A stretch of DNA of 64,000 bases from an uncultured bacterium (GCA_963768835.1 CAVYJB010000002.1:298466-362465); one strand, 5' to 3'. Shown: positions 17,842-27,298, numbered from the stretch's first letter. The notes: generated by a model not told the origin, from the letters alone. Numbers and translations: made by a program.

Positions 17842-17873
17842 AGGGCCGAGCGGCAATGCTCGGCTCTTTTTAT
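17842..17873 (+). terminator. Rho-independent terminator after the MOSC gene
   Basis: 10-bp stem (agggccgagc/gctcggctct) with loop ggcaat, then tttttata. Confidence 0.75.
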
Positions 17874-17941
17874 ACCCCGCAGGGCTTGTAAGGCTTATTT
17901 TATTTATGTATTTAGGGGCTTGTGGCTCCGCGATTGGGGGA

Positions 17942-17950
17942 TGGTATAAT
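17942..17950 (+). promoter_or_regulatory. Extended -10 promoter element TGgTATAAT upstream of the peptidase gene
   Basis: atggTATAATaggt. The first ATG with a plausible signal peptide follows at 18000. Confidence 0.5.
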
Positions 17951-17999
17951 AGGTACTAAATTTACCAACAGTCGTCCATTAACCAACTTTTATAGTTCC

Positions 18000-19298
18000 A
18001 TGACCACATTTCAGAGAAGGTTCGTGTGCGGTGCGGTGGTGGTGGGTGCCCTTGCGCTCGTGGCGGGCGGGGCGGCGGCGTTCGGGAAGGGAGTCGATCC
18101 GACTCAACTTCTCGCGCAGGAACAGGCGCGATTTGCGCAGATACGCGAGGAGATTCAGGCGCGACTCGCCGGGCTCGCATCCGTGCAGCACCAGAGTGTC
18201 TGTGCGACCGCAGAGGCGGATGGCGTACGATGTCACGCGCGCGTCGTCGTGGATGCCGGCGGGTCACCCCACGTGAGCGTGGCTCCCAGCGGATACGGAC
18301 CTCAGCAGTTTGTCGGTGCGTACGGCCTTGGCGGCGTCGCCGCGTCGAATCCCGGTCCCGTCATCGGTATCGTGGATGCGTACGATGACCCGCGCGCCGC
18401 GAGCGACCTCGCGACCTACAGCTCCACCTTCGGCATCCCGAAGCTGCCGACCTGCAGCGGTTCCATTGCCGCGTCGGGGGCGCCCTGCTTCCAGAAGATG
18501 GGGGAAACCGGCAGCACCGTTTTTCTCCCGCGCTCGAACTCAGGGTGGGATCTTGAGATTTCCCTCGACATCGAGGCAGCGCATGCGGCGTGCCAGAACT
18601 GCCGCATCTTGCTCGTCGAGGCGAACTCCGCGAGCTATACAGATCTCATGAAAGCTGTCGACACGGCGGTCGCGAAAGGAGCGCAGGCGGTATCCGGCTC
18701 CTGGGGCTCGGGCGAGTTCTCGAGTGAGAGCTCCTACGACAGCCACTTCAATAAGAGCGGTGTCGCGTTCACCTTCAGCGCCGGGGACGGGGGCTACGGT
18801 GCTTCCTATCCCGCATCCTCTCCCTACGTCACGGCGGTAGGCGGTACGAGCCTGCTTCTGAACCCCGACGGCTCCTACCTCGGCGAGAGCGCCTGGAGCG
18901 GGACGGGGAGCGGCTGCAGCGCCTACGAGGGGAAGCCCACGTGGCAGAAAGACCCGGCGTGCGCCAAACGCACCGTCACGGACGTTTCGGCGGATGCGGA
19001 TCCGGCGACCGGAGCCGCGGTCTATGACAGCGTGTCGTACTACGGCCGATCCGGATGGTTCCAGGTGGGCGGTACGAGCCTTTCCTCTCCGCTCATTGCG
19101 GCAACCTACGCGCTTCGGGGCGTTCCCGCGGGAACCCACGGCAACTCGCTGCCCTATGCGCAGGGAACCGGGCTTAACCTGCACGACGTGATGACGGGTG
19201 CGAACGGCAGCTGCGGCGGGAGCTACCTTTGCACGGCCGCGGCGGGCTACGACGGGCCGACCGGGCTCGGTACGCCGAACGGGACCAGCGCCTTCTAG
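18000..19298 (+). CDS. Secreted S53 (sedolisin/kumamolisin-like) serine peptidase
   Basis: The frame is open from 17922, but ATG 18000 gives a signal/TM segment (MTTFQRRFVCGAVVVGALALVAGGAAAFG). GIVDAYDDPRAASDLATYSSTFGIPKL and GGTSLSSPLIAATYAL (GTSxxxP without His) fit S53 rather than S8. Confidence 0.8.
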   Translation: MTTFQRRFVCGAVVVGALALVAGGAAAFGKGVDPTQLLAQEQARFAQIREEIQARLAGLASVQHQSVCATAEADGVRCHARVVVDAGGSPHVSVAPSGYGPQQFVGAYGLGGVAASNPGPVIGIVDAYDDPRAASDLATYSSTFGIPKLPTCSGSIAASGAPCFQKMGETGSTVFLPRSNSGWDLEISLDIEAAHAACQNCRILLVEANSASYTDLMKAVDTAVAKGAQAVSGSWGSGEFSSESSYDSHFNKSGVAFTFSAGDGGYGASYPASSPYVTAVGGTSLLLNPDGSYLGESAWSGTGSGCSAYEGKPTWQKDPACAKRTVTDVSADADPATGAAVYDSVSYYGRSGWFQVGGTSLSSPLIAATYALRGVPAGTHGNSLPYAQGTGLNLHDVMTGANGSCGGSYLCTAAAGYDGPTGLGTPNGTSAF

Positions 19299-19321
19299 GT
19301 TCCCAAAGTCTTCGTTTAACA

Positions 19322-19363
19322 TAATCCCGCTCCAACGACCATTGGAGCGGGATTATTCATTTC
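19322..19363. terminator. Strong hairpin, probably a bidirectional terminator between convergent genes
   Basis: 14-bp perfect stem (taatcccgctccaa / ttggagcgggatta) with loop cgacca. T-rich sequence on the + side. Confidence 0.7.
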
Positions 19364-19393
19364 AGACTTTTGTTTTTCTTAAGAAGAGCGTTG

Positions 19394-19759
19394 TTAGTCG
19401 TCACCGGCGCCGGAATCATCACCTCCGCGTTCCCTCTCGTTTTCCCGGTTTGTCGGTTGTCCGCTCCCGGGGGTGAGAGGGATAGGGCGGGGGCTTCGGG
19501 TGACGGTGCTCGGCGGTACGGGGTTGGTCGCGGAGGAAGGAACCGGTGCTGCCGCAGTGGTGACTTTCCGAGGAACAAGCTTCGGTTTCTCTACTACGGG
19601 GGGAGCCTGGATGTGGGCCGCAGGTGCGCTGTCGGTCGCGGCGGTGGGGGTGGGGATGCCGGAAGGCCCGACGAGATAATAGTGAGCGGCTGCGCCGGTC
19701 CCAATAATGGTGGCACCGATGGCCGAGAAATATAATGCCTTGGTTATGATTTTGCGCAT
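19394..19759 (-). CDS. Hypothetical membrane-anchored Pro/Thr/Ala-rich protein
   Basis: 121 aa. N-terminal TM (MRKIITKALYFSAIGATIIGTGAAA) and a low-complexity tail. Overlapping ORFs in other frames make this uncertain. Confidence 0.35.
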   Translation of the reverse strand: MRKIITKALYFSAIGATIIGTGAAAHYYLVGPSGIPTPTAATDSAPAAHIQAPPVVEKPKLVPRKVTTAAAPVPSSATNPVPPSTVTRSPRPIPLTPGSGQPTNRENERERGGDDSGAGDD

Positions 19760-19802
19760 GGAGGGTGGTACGCAAACATCCTAGGAACGTTACGCCTTCT
19801 TA

Positions 19803-19830
19803 AAACAAAAGCGCCCCGGCGGGGCGCTTG
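19803..19830 (-). terminator. Rho-independent terminator (minus strand)
   Basis: On the minus strand: aagcgccccgccggggcgctt followed by ttgttttaa. Confidence 0.65.
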
Positions 19831-19848
19831 CTTGGAAGGGCCGTGGGT

Positions 19849-20097
19849 CTAGTGCATATGGTCCGCCTTTTCTCCGTCCCGCATGGAGTCCTTGTGGGCA
19901 CGGCACTTTTCGCAGTTTTCCTTGTTGCAGTGCCAGCACCACCATCCGCAGTGCCCATGGCGGCGCGACATGATGCCGAAGCCGATGGCAATGACGATGA
20001 GGGGCCAGAGAATGCTCCAGAGGTCCCCACTCAGGATTCCGAGGTTCTGGAGGAGAAGGGCGGCGCCCACGACGATAACGATGATTCCGAAGAACAT
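19849..20097 (-). CDS. Small membrane protein (LiaF-N/DUF5668-like two-TM segment) with a C-terminal Cys/His-rich tail
   Basis: MFFGIIVIVVGAALLLQNLGILSGDLWSILWPLIVIAIGFGIM then HGHCGWWCWHCNKENCEKCRAHKD. The frame is open up to a TTG at 20136; ATG 20097 is the likelier start. Confidence 0.55.
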   Translation of the reverse strand: MFFGIIVIVVGAALLLQNLGILSGDLWSILWPLIVIAIGFGIMSRRHGHCGWWCWHCNKENCEKCRAHKDSMRDGEKADHMH

Positions 20098-20205
20098 GGT
20101 GTTCGTTGACGTTCCGTTCAATACCCGACCTTTCAAGCGTTATTGTAACACGCTCCATGTTCGCCTCCAACGCCGGGGCGGGTTTGATAGAATAGTAGCA
20201 TAGAG

Positions 20206-20697
20206 ATGCCTATGGCCAAGGAAGAAAAGCTCGCGGCAAAATTCCTTCTCGTGATGACCGCGGTGGCAATCCCCGCGTTCCTCTACGGGGCTTATATCTG
20301 GCCGCCGACGCTTGCAACGACTCCGACCTCCGTCCAATATTTCATGTTGATGTTCATGGCGGTCTTGGACGCCTATGTTCTCGGCATCGGGGTCGCTTTC
20401 TTGATCTTTGGGTGGCCGCTCGTCCGAAACACCTCCGTCCTCTCACGCCGGGAAGCGATCGCGACGTTCCTCGCGATTGCGTGGATACTCCTTTCGTGGT
20501 GGCCGCATAACAATCTTCAGGCCATTATCGGGCAGCGGCTCGCGGGAGGAAATCTGGAGGGCGCCTCCTATATCTCTGCTCTCCTCTATATTGAATACGT
20601 GTTCCGGTTTCTGCTTACCATGGCCGGCGTTACGCTCTCCTTCGTTTTCTTTTCGGTCCTAAGACGGCACCCGCCGGATTCCGGGACCTTGCTCTAG
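20206..20697 (+). CDS. Hypothetical membrane protein
   Basis: 163 aa with 4 predicted TM helices. An extended -10-like TGaTAGAAT lies upstream. Confidence 0.5.
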   Translation: MPMAKEEKLAAKFLLVMTAVAIPAFLYGAYIWPPTLATTPTSVQYFMLMFMAVLDAYVLGIGVAFLIFGWPLVRNTSVLSRREAIATFLAIAWILLSWWPHNNLQAIIGQRLAGGNLEGASYISALLYIEYVFRFLLTMAGVTLSFVFFSVLRRHPPDSGTLL

Positions 20698-20701
20698 ACG
20701 C

Positions 20702-21037
20702 ATGCGGATAACGAACACGACGAACGGGGCGGTCCTTGCGGAGGACGCACGCGAGGCGCGCACGCTGAGCGAAAAGCTGGTCGGCCTGATCGGCACGGAA
20801 GCGCCCCACGCGCTTTTTTTTCGGACGCGGTGGGGAATCCACACGTTCGGGATGCGGTTTCCCATCGACTGCGTGGTGTTCGACCGTCACGGTGTGGTGC
20901 GCGCGCTCCGCGTGGAACTTCTTCCCCGGCGCTTCTTTTCATGGAACCCGTTCTGGGGGCAGGTCCTTGAACTTCCCGCGGGGACCCTCTCACGCACGGG
21001 GACGGAACGCGGGCACCGGCTCGCAGTTGCGCCCTAG
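20702..21037 (+). CDS. DUF192 (COG1430) family protein
   Basis: 111 aa. WGIHTFGMRFPIDCVVFD matches the DUF192 core. Confidence 0.7.
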   Translation: MRITNTTNGAVLAEDAREARTLSEKLVGLIGTEAPHALFFRTRWGIHTFGMRFPIDCVVFDRHGVVRALRVELLPRRFFSWNPFWGQVLELPAGTLSRTGTERGHRLAVAP

Positions 21038-21065
21038 AAATGGTAGAATGGGAAAATAAACCCTT

Positions 21066-21587
21066 ATGAACCTCGAGCGGCAGAGCACCCTCATCATCGG
21101 AATCCTTATTATCTTCGGTATCGGGATTGCCACGTACTTCATCTGGCCGAATAGCGCTCCGACGTCTACCAACCCGAATTCTACCTCCACCGTGTCCACC
21201 CCCAGCGCCAACCAATATCTCTACTCCGACCAGTCCGCCGGCTTTACGGTGACCGACGAGGTCGTGGGTACTGGAGCCGCCGCCACGGAGGGCAAGACCG
21301 TGACCGTGAACTACGTAGGAACCCTCACCGACGGCACGAAGTTCGACAGCAATACCGATCCCAAGTTCGGGCACGTGGAGCCGTTCACCTTTACGCTCGG
21401 AGAAAACAAGGTCATCCAAGGTTGGGAGCAGGGGATTCTGGGCATGCGGGTGGGCGGGAAGCGCCACCTCGTGATTCCTCCCGAGCTCGGCTACGGAGCG
21501 GCGGGGACGCCCGGCGGGCCCATCCCTCCGAACGCGACGCTTATTTTCGAGGTGCAACTCCTGGGAGTCAGTTCCACACAGCCGTAA
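21066..21587 (+). CDS. FKBP-type peptidyl-prolyl cis-trans isomerase, membrane-anchored
   Basis: 173 aa. [16 protein letters not shown]...[40 protein letters not shown] signature. N-terminal TM. Confidence 0.85.
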   Translation: MNLERQSTLIIGILIIFGIGIATYFIWPNSAPTSTNPNSTSTVSTPSANQYLYSDQSAGFTVTDEVVGTGAAATEGKTVTVNYVGTLTDGTKFDSNTDPKFGHVEPFTFTLGENKVIQGWEQGILGMRVGGKRHLVIPPELGYGAAGTPGGPIPPNATLIFEVQLLGVSSTQP

Positions 21588-21591
21588 ACCA

Positions 21592-22800
21592 ATGACGGAT
21601 GCGTGGGTGGTCGCGGTGGACATGGGGTACGGGCACGAGCGCGCGGCCCTTCCGCTCCTCCCGATCGCGCATGGCGGTAAACTCGTTGTCGCGAACAACT
21701 TTCCCGGCATCTCTCGCGAGGACAAGCTGCGGTGGGAAGAGTCGGAGAACTCCTACTACCTTATCTCTCGCGCGAAGGAACGCGGCGGCCTTTTGGGCCG
21801 TCTTTCGTTTGCACTCTTCGACCGCTTCCAGCGCATCCGTCCGCTGCGCCCCGCAAGCGATGAGCGGCGTCCCACCGCACAGCTCCGGGAACTCCATGCG
21901 CTGATCGCGAAAGGATGGGGGAAGGGCCTCATCGAGCATCTCGCGGCCGACCCGCGTCCTCTCGTCACCACCTTCTTCACGGTCGCCCACATGGCGGAGC
22001 ACTGGGGTTACCCCGAGCCCATCTATGTGGTGACCACCGACACCGACATCTCGCGCGCGTGGGCGCCCCTCTACCCCGCGCGGACTCCCACGCATTATTT
22101 CGCTTCCACGGAAGCGGCGGCTCTGCACCTTGAGCGGTACGGCGTCGCACACGAGAACATCCTGCTTACGGGCTTCCCTCTGCCACAGGAGCTCACGCGG
22201 CGTGCCGCGCGCGACTTCGAGCGGCGCACGCGCGCTCTCCGGCCCGCATGGTTGGAGCCCGTGACCATCACGTTCTCCGTGGGCGGTGCGGGGGCTCAGG
22301 CCGCGATCGGCGATGTGCTGAGTGAAACCTTGCGGCCGCTCCTCAAGACCGGCAAGCTCCGGCTTTGTCTTGTCGCGGGCACGAACCGAGACGTGGAACG
22401 GGAATTCCACCGGGCGGTGCATGCCGCGGGGTTCGCCCACCATCTGGAGCGGGAGATCCGCATCTTCGCCGCTCCGACAAAGGAGGAGTACTTCAAGCGG
22501 TTCGATGCGCTCCTTACGGAAACCGATGTTCTCTGGACGAAGCCCTCGGAACTTTCCTTCTATGCGGCTCTCGGTCTCCCTATCCTCATGGCCGAGCCCG
22601 TCGGATCGCAGGAAGAACGGAACCGCGAGTGGCTGCTCCGTTCCGGCGCGGGCATCGATGCGGGAGATCCGCACGAAGCCTACCGCTCCATCGCCGACCG
22701 CATCACGGACGGGACCTTTCTCCGGGCCGCCGAACTCGGCTACCACCGCCTCGAGCGGCAGGGGACCGAGAAAATCCTCAAGGCTCTTCGGGACGCCTGA
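21592..22800 (+). CDS. GT28-family diacylglycerol glycosyltransferase (UgtP / MGDG-synthase-like)
   Basis: 402 aa. N-terminal VVAVDMGYGHERAALPL (cf. UgtP LILTANYGNGHVQVAKTL), central VVTTDTDISRAW...ILLTGFPL, and C-terminal TDVLWTKPSELSFYAALGLPILMAEPVGSQEERNREWL...GAGI (cf. UgtP TDCMITKPGG...GVPVILYKPVPGQEKENANF...GAAI). Confidence 0.7.
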   Translation: MTDAWVVAVDMGYGHERAALPLLPIAHGGKLVVANNFPGISREDKLRWEESENSYYLISRAKERGGLLGRLSFALFDRFQRIRPLRPASDERRPTAQLRELHALIAKGWGKGLIEHLAADPRPLVTTFFTVAHMAEHWGYPEPIYVVTTDTDISRAWAPLYPARTPTHYFASTEAAALHLERYGVAHENILLTGFPLPQELTRRAARDFERRTRALRPAWLEPVTITFSVGGAGAQAAIGDVLSETLRPLLKTGKLRLCLVAGTNRDVEREFHRAVHAAGFAHHLEREIRIFAAPTKEEYFKRFDALLTETDVLWTKPSELSFYAALGLPILMAEPVGSQEERNREWLLRSGAGIDAGDPHEAYRSIADRITDGTFLRAAELGYHRLERQGTEKILKALRDA

Positions 22801-22812
22801 TCCCCCTATCCC

Positions 22813-23754
22813 ATGCTTTGGTTTCTTGCTGCCGTTCTCGCGTATCTTCTCCTTGCCCTAGCCGCGCTCGGGGACAAGGCGCTCCTCGCGGGGCCGCTCC
22901 GGACGCCCGCGACTTACGCGGTCGCCGTGGGAGGGGCCGGGATCCTCGTCCCGCTCCTCACGCCCTTTCTCGGCTTCCCGTTGCCTTCCGGCACCGTCAT
23001 CGCGCTCGCGCTCGCTTCAGGGGCGGCGTTCATCACCGCGCTCCTTCCTTACTACCACGGCATCCAGGCGTTCGAGGTCTCCCGGATGGTGACGGCGACC
23101 GGCGGGCTCGTGCCCATCTTCACGCTGGTGCTCGGCCTCCTTCTTTTGCCGGGCGGGCAGGCGCTCACGCCCGGGAGCGTCCTCGCGCTCGCTCTTCTTA
23201 TCGTCGGGAGCGTCACGATGACCTATGACCGGACGAAGCGCGTGACGCGCAGGAGCTTCGTGCTCGCCACTCTCGCCTCGTTCCTCTTCGCATTCTCCTT
23301 CCTGCTCTTAAAGAGCGCCTATCTCCAGGCGCCGTTCTGGTCCGTGTTCTTCTGGGCGCAGCTCGGCGGCGCCTCGGGAGCCCTCATCCTTCTCGCGCTC
23401 TCCGCCCCCGCGCGGAGCGACGTGGCGGGGTTCCTCAGGGGGCGCCGCGCGCGGGGCGGGCGGCCGCTGCGCACCACGATGCTCTTTCTCCTTACCCAGG
23501 GAAGCGCCGCCGCCGGGTCCATTCTCCAGAGCGCTTCCTTCTATCTCGCGCCGGCTGCCGCCTTCGCGTTCGTGAACGCCCTCCAGGGGACGCAGTACGT
23601 GTTCCTGCTCCTGCTCGCGTCCGCGCTCTCCGCGCGCTACCCGCACGTCTTTCTCGAGATGAACTCCGGAAAGACCCTCGCGCAGAAGATTCTCGGCATT
23701 CTCCTCGTGGTCGCGGGGACGATCCTTCTTGTGGTGGCGCATCCTTCCGCATGA
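22813..23754 (+). CDS. EamA-like (DMT superfamily) polytopic membrane protein
   Basis: 313 aa with ~10 TM helices and two repeated halves. Confidence 0.55.
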   Translation: MLWFLAAVLAYLLLALAALGDKALLAGPLRTPATYAVAVGGAGILVPLLTPFLGFPLPSGTVIALALASGAAFITALLPYYHGIQAFEVSRMVTATGGLVPIFTLVLGLLLLPGGQALTPGSVLALALLIVGSVTMTYDRTKRVTRRSFVLATLASFLFAFSFLLLKSAYLQAPFWSVFFWAQLGGASGALILLALSAPARSDVAGFLRGRRARGGRPLRTTMLFLLTQGSAAAGSILQSASFYLAPAAAFAFVNALQGTQYVFLLLLASALSARYPHVFLEMNSGKTLAQKILGILLVVAGTILLVVAHPSA

Positions 23755-24788
23755 AAGAGGAAACAAGCATTCCCAGAAAAAGAGTCTTTATCCGCGTGCT
23801 CCGGTGGGCCGGGTTCGTTCTGCTGGTTCTCGTCGTGGCCCTTCTTCTCTTCTTTTTCGTCGGGCCGGAGATTCCCGCGCCCCACATCGCGTGGGGGGTG
23901 AACTTCTCCGCGATGCAGGCGGAGGGGCTGAAGCTCGACCCGCGCGAGGTGTACAACGCGCTCGTGGAGGACCTCCATGCGCCCCGGATCAAAATTCTCG
24001 CGGACTGGGACCGGCTCGAGCCCTCGCGCGGCACCTTCGCGTTCAACGAACTCGACCAGGAGGTCGCGGAGGCAACCTCGCATGGCACGAAGCTCGTGGT
24101 GGTGCTGGGGATGAAGACCGGCCGCTGGCCGGAGTGCCACATCCCGGGGTGGGCGACGGGGCTCTCCGAAGCGGACCAGCAGGCGGAGGTGATGAAGCTT
24201 CTGGATGCCGCCGTGCCGCACTACGCGACCGCCTCCGCCATTATCGCGTGGCAGGTGGAGAACGAAGCGCTCTTCCCGTTCGGCACGTGCCCCTGGAGCG
24301 ACCAGGCCTTCCTCGCGCGCGAGATCGCGGAGACGAAACGGCTGGATCCCACGCGGCCCGTCGTGGTCACCGATTCCGGCGAGGATTCCCTCTGGTTCAC
24401 GGCCGCGCGCCTCGGCGACATCGTGGGGACCACCCTCTACCGCACCGTCTGGCTCTCGCAGCTTCATCTGTATCTCACCTATCCCTTGCCGCCGACCTAC
24501 TACGGCCGGAAAGCGTGGCTGGAGGAGCTTCTCTTCGGCAAACCCGTCTGGAACGTGGAGCTCCAGGCCGAGCCGTGGGGGCCGACGCTCCTTTACGATT
24601 CGCCGCTCTCCGAACAGCGGAAATCCTTCGATCTGCCGCGCTTCCGCTCGACCGTGGAGTACGCGCGCCGCACCGGCCTCGACACGTTCTACCTCTGGGG
24701 CGGGGAGTGGTGGTACTGGATGAAGGTGAAGCAGAACGACCCCTCCTTCTGGGAGGAGGCGCGTCAGTTGTTCCAGTCCTCAATTTAG
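23751..24788 (+). CDS. Membrane-anchored TIM-barrel glycoside hydrolase-like protein (WQVENE motif)
   Basis: 345 aa. N-terminal TM. The WQVENEALFPF catalytic acid-type motif is typical of clan GH-A enzymes. The 4-nt ATGA overlap with the upstream gene suggests an operon. Confidence 0.6.
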   Translation: MKEETSIPRKRVFIRVLRWAGFVLLVLVVALLLFFFVGPEIPAPHIAWGVNFSAMQAEGLKLDPREVYNALVEDLHAPRIKILADWDRLEPSRGTFAFNELDQEVAEATSHGTKLVVVLGMKTGRWPECHIPGWATGLSEADQQAEVMKLLDAAVPHYATASAIIAWQVENEALFPFGTCPWSDQAFLAREIAETKRLDPTRPVVVTDSGEDSLWFTAARLGDIVGTTLYRTVWLSQLHLYLTYPLPPTYYGRKAWLEELLFGKPVWNVELQAEPWGPTLLYDSPLSEQRKSFDLPRFRSTVEYARRTGLDTFYLWGGEWWYWMKVKQNDPSFWEEARQLFQSSI

Positions 24789-24801
24789 GTATGATGAAAG
24801 C

Positions 24802-25914
24802 ATGACGTTGCGGATCATTCCGTTCATTCTCCTCGGCGCACTCGTGTTCCTGGGCGCGCATCTGGCGCTCTTCTACTCGGCCGTCGGTCTCTTTTCCATC
24901 ACGGATCAGGGGGTCCGCACGTTCCTTCTTATCCTCACCGCCGTCCTCGCGGTGAGCTTCTTTCTCGCCTCGCTCCTCACGCACTGGACGGACAATCCCT
25001 TCACCCGGACCGTCTATGTCGCCTCCGGCTTCTGGCTGGGGCTCCTCGTGAACCTCCTCCTCGCCTCCGCGATCGTCTGGGTGGCTCTCGGCATCGCGCA
25101 CGCCCTGGGCGGCGGGTTCGACCCCGCGGCTCCCGCCGCGATCCTCTTCGTTCTCGGCGCGGCCTACTCCGTCTACGGCGCGTGGAACGCCGAGCGCCCG
25201 CGCGTGAAGGAGGTCCGCATCGTGATCCCGGGACTCCCGGATTTCTGGAAGGGGAGGCGCATCGTGCATCTTTCGGACGTGCACCTCGGGCACGTCCACC
25301 ACCGTCCCTTCATGGAGGAGGTGGCGCTCCGCACGAACGAGCTCAAGCCCGACCTCCTTCTCATCACGGGCGACCTCTTCGACGGGATGGACGGGAACCT
25401 CAAGACCTTCATCGAGCCTCTGGGGAAGCTCGCGGCTCCGATGGGCATCTACTTCGTGACCGGGAACCACGAGACCTACCTCGGCCTCGACAAGGCGTTC
25501 GCGGTGCTCCGGCAGACTCCGATCCAGATCATCGACGGCGAGGCGCGCGATCTCGCGGGCCTCCAGATCGTGGGCGTGGGCTACGCGCCGAAGCTCGGGA
25601 AGGGGACGCTCCAGAACGCCATCGAGGCCACGCGCGGGTTTGTGAAGGGGAAGCCGACCATCTTTCTCTACCACGTGCCGGAGCGCATCCCGGAGGCCAA
25701 GGCGGCGGGCGTCCACCTCATGCTCTCGGGCCACACGCACCGGGGCCAGCTCTTCCCGTTCGCGCTCCTTACGAAGCTCATCTTCCGCGGCTACGACTAC
25801 GGCCTCCACACGGAGGGGGATTTCTCCATCTATACCTCGACGGGCGTCGGTACCTGGGGCCCGCCGCTGCGGACCGGGAATCACCCGGAGATTGTCGTCA
25901 TCACGCCCCACTAA
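24802..25914 (+). CDS. Membrane-anchored calcineurin-like metallophosphoesterase
   Basis: 370 aa. 3 N-terminal TM helices, then HLSDVHLGH, ITGDLFDG, GNHE and SGHTHRGQ phosphoesterase motifs. Confidence 0.85.
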   Translation: MTLRIIPFILLGALVFLGAHLALFYSAVGLFSITDQGVRTFLLILTAVLAVSFFLASLLTHWTDNPFTRTVYVASGFWLGLLVNLLLASAIVWVALGIAHALGGGFDPAAPAAILFVLGAAYSVYGAWNAERPRVKEVRIVIPGLPDFWKGRRIVHLSDVHLGHVHHRPFMEEVALRTNELKPDLLLITGDLFDGMDGNLKTFIEPLGKLAAPMGIYFVTGNHETYLGLDKAFAVLRQTPIQIIDGEARDLAGLQIVGVGYAPKLGKGTLQNAIEATRGFVKGKPTIFLYHVPERIPEAKAAGVHLMLSGHTHRGQLFPFALLTKLIFRGYDYGLHTEGDFSIYTSTGVGTWGPPLRTGNHPEIVVITPH

Positions 25915-25932
25915 CGTGGGGCGCGTGATATA

Positions 25933-27252
25933 ATGGAGGCGATGAAAGGTCCGCGCGGGTTCGCAACGCTACCGCTTCTCCTCGTGATTCTCGCGGGGGC
26001 TGTCGTGTTGAGTGCGGTCGGGTACTGGGCCGTGCGGTCGGGGACGTACACAACCTTTCTCTCCCAGGACCTTACACCCCCGCTCGGGAGGAACCGCACA
26101 CCCGCCCTTCCGCAGCCGCTGTCTCCTGCGCCCGTTGCAGATAGTATTAACCAGTTTGCTTTCGATTTTCTTCCTCACATCGACAACCCCGACGTGAACG
26201 TTTTTTTCTCCCCCTACAGTATCGCGATGGCGTTCGCGATGGTGGACGAGGGGGCGAGCGGGACGACGGCGCGTGAAATAGAATCAACCTTTCATTTCCC
26301 GGCTGACGCAGGCGCCAGGCGCAGCGCGTTCCAGGAAAGCTACACTGCCCTCAATCAGCCGAGCAACGCCTACACGCTCCACACCGCGAACGCGCTGTGG
26401 GCGCAAAAGGATTATCTTTTCCGCGGCGACTATCTTACCACGGTCGCCACTTTCTATGGCGGGAAAGCGACTAACCTCGACATCGCGGGCGATCCCGAAG
26501 GAGCAAAGAACACTATCAATGCGTGGGTTGCGGGTCAGACACAGGGCAAGATTACGGATTTAATCGGGTCTCTCGACCGCACGACCCGCCTCGTGATCAC
26601 GAACGCGATCTACTTCAAGGGCAAATGGCTCACCCCGTTCAATCCCGGAGCGACCCACCCGGCGGTTTTCCATGTGAACGCGGGGAAAACCGTGGAAGCT
26701 CAGATGATGTCCGGGGGCGAAGACATCCAAGCCCGCTATCTGGAGAACAGCGATTTGCAGGCGCTCTGGCTCCCCTATGAGGGCAAGGACCTCTCGATGC
26801 TGATCCTCCTCCCGAAGCAGAGCGATCTCCCGGCGCTTGAGCGGTCACTCACGCTGCAAACGCTCGCAAATATTCGGACGAACCTTGCCAGCGAGAGACT
26901 CCAAGAGATTGATATTCCGAAGTTCACAATGCGCACTGACTATTCTCTAAAGAACCCCCTCCAACAGCTCGGGATGACCTCGGCGTTCGATTCTTCGGTA
27001 GCCGACTTCTCCGGGATGACAGGGAACAAGGATTTGTTTGTGGGGGACGCCGTACATAAGGCATACGTCACCGTGGACGAGGAGGGGACCGAGGCGGCTG
27101 CTGCGACGGGAGTGGTTGTGTCGGCGGGCGCCGTTGCTGTCCCCAACCCCAAGATTTTCAATGCCGACCATCCCTTTCTGTTTATGATTCAGCAGAATGC
27201 GACCGGCAACATCCTTTTCCTTGGGAAGGTCGTCGACCCTACTCTTCAATGA
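25933..27252 (+). CDS. Serpin (serine protease inhibitor) family protein, secreted
   Basis: 439 aa. N-terminal TM/signal. The C-terminal serpin signature FNADHPFLFMIQQNATGNILFLGKV and a reactive-centre-loop-like EEGTEAAAATGVVVSAGA. Confidence 0.9.
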   Translation: MEAMKGPRGFATLPLLLVILAGAVVLSAVGYWAVRSGTYTTFLSQDLTPPLGRNRTPALPQPLSPAPVADSINQFAFDFLPHIDNPDVNVFFSPYSIAMAFAMVDEGASGTTAREIESTFHFPADAGARRSAFQESYTALNQPSNAYTLHTANALWAQKDYLFRGDYLTTVATFYGGKATNLDIAGDPEGAKNTINAWVAGQTQGKITDLIGSLDRTTRLVITNAIYFKGKWLTPFNPGATHPAVFHVNAGKTVEAQMMSGGEDIQARYLENSDLQALWLPYEGKDLSMLILLPKQSDLPALERSLTLQTLANIRTNLASERLQEIDIPKFTMRTDYSLKNPLQQLGMTSAFDSSVADFSGMTGNKDLFVGDAVHKAYVTVDEEGTEAAAATGVVVSAGAVAVPNPKIFNADHPFLFMIQQNATGNILFLGKVVDPTLQ

Positions 27253-27267
27253 CGGCGGATTTGGCAG

Positions 27268-27298
27268 CCCGCTCCTGCCGACGGGAGCGGTTTTTTTT
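27268..27298 (+). terminator. Rho-independent terminator after the serpin gene
   Basis: ccgctcc-tgccgacg-ggagcgg followed by tttttttt. Confidence 0.8.

Noticed and set aside
20694-22746. Long minus-strand ORFs (343 aa and 392 aa) across the DUF192, FKBP and GT28 genes
   Set aside because: They are antisense to three genes with clear family signatures. Arg/Gly-rich shadow frames.
24475-25911. 478-aa minus-strand ORF
   Set aside because: Antisense to the metallophosphoesterase and glycosidase genes, which have clear motifs.
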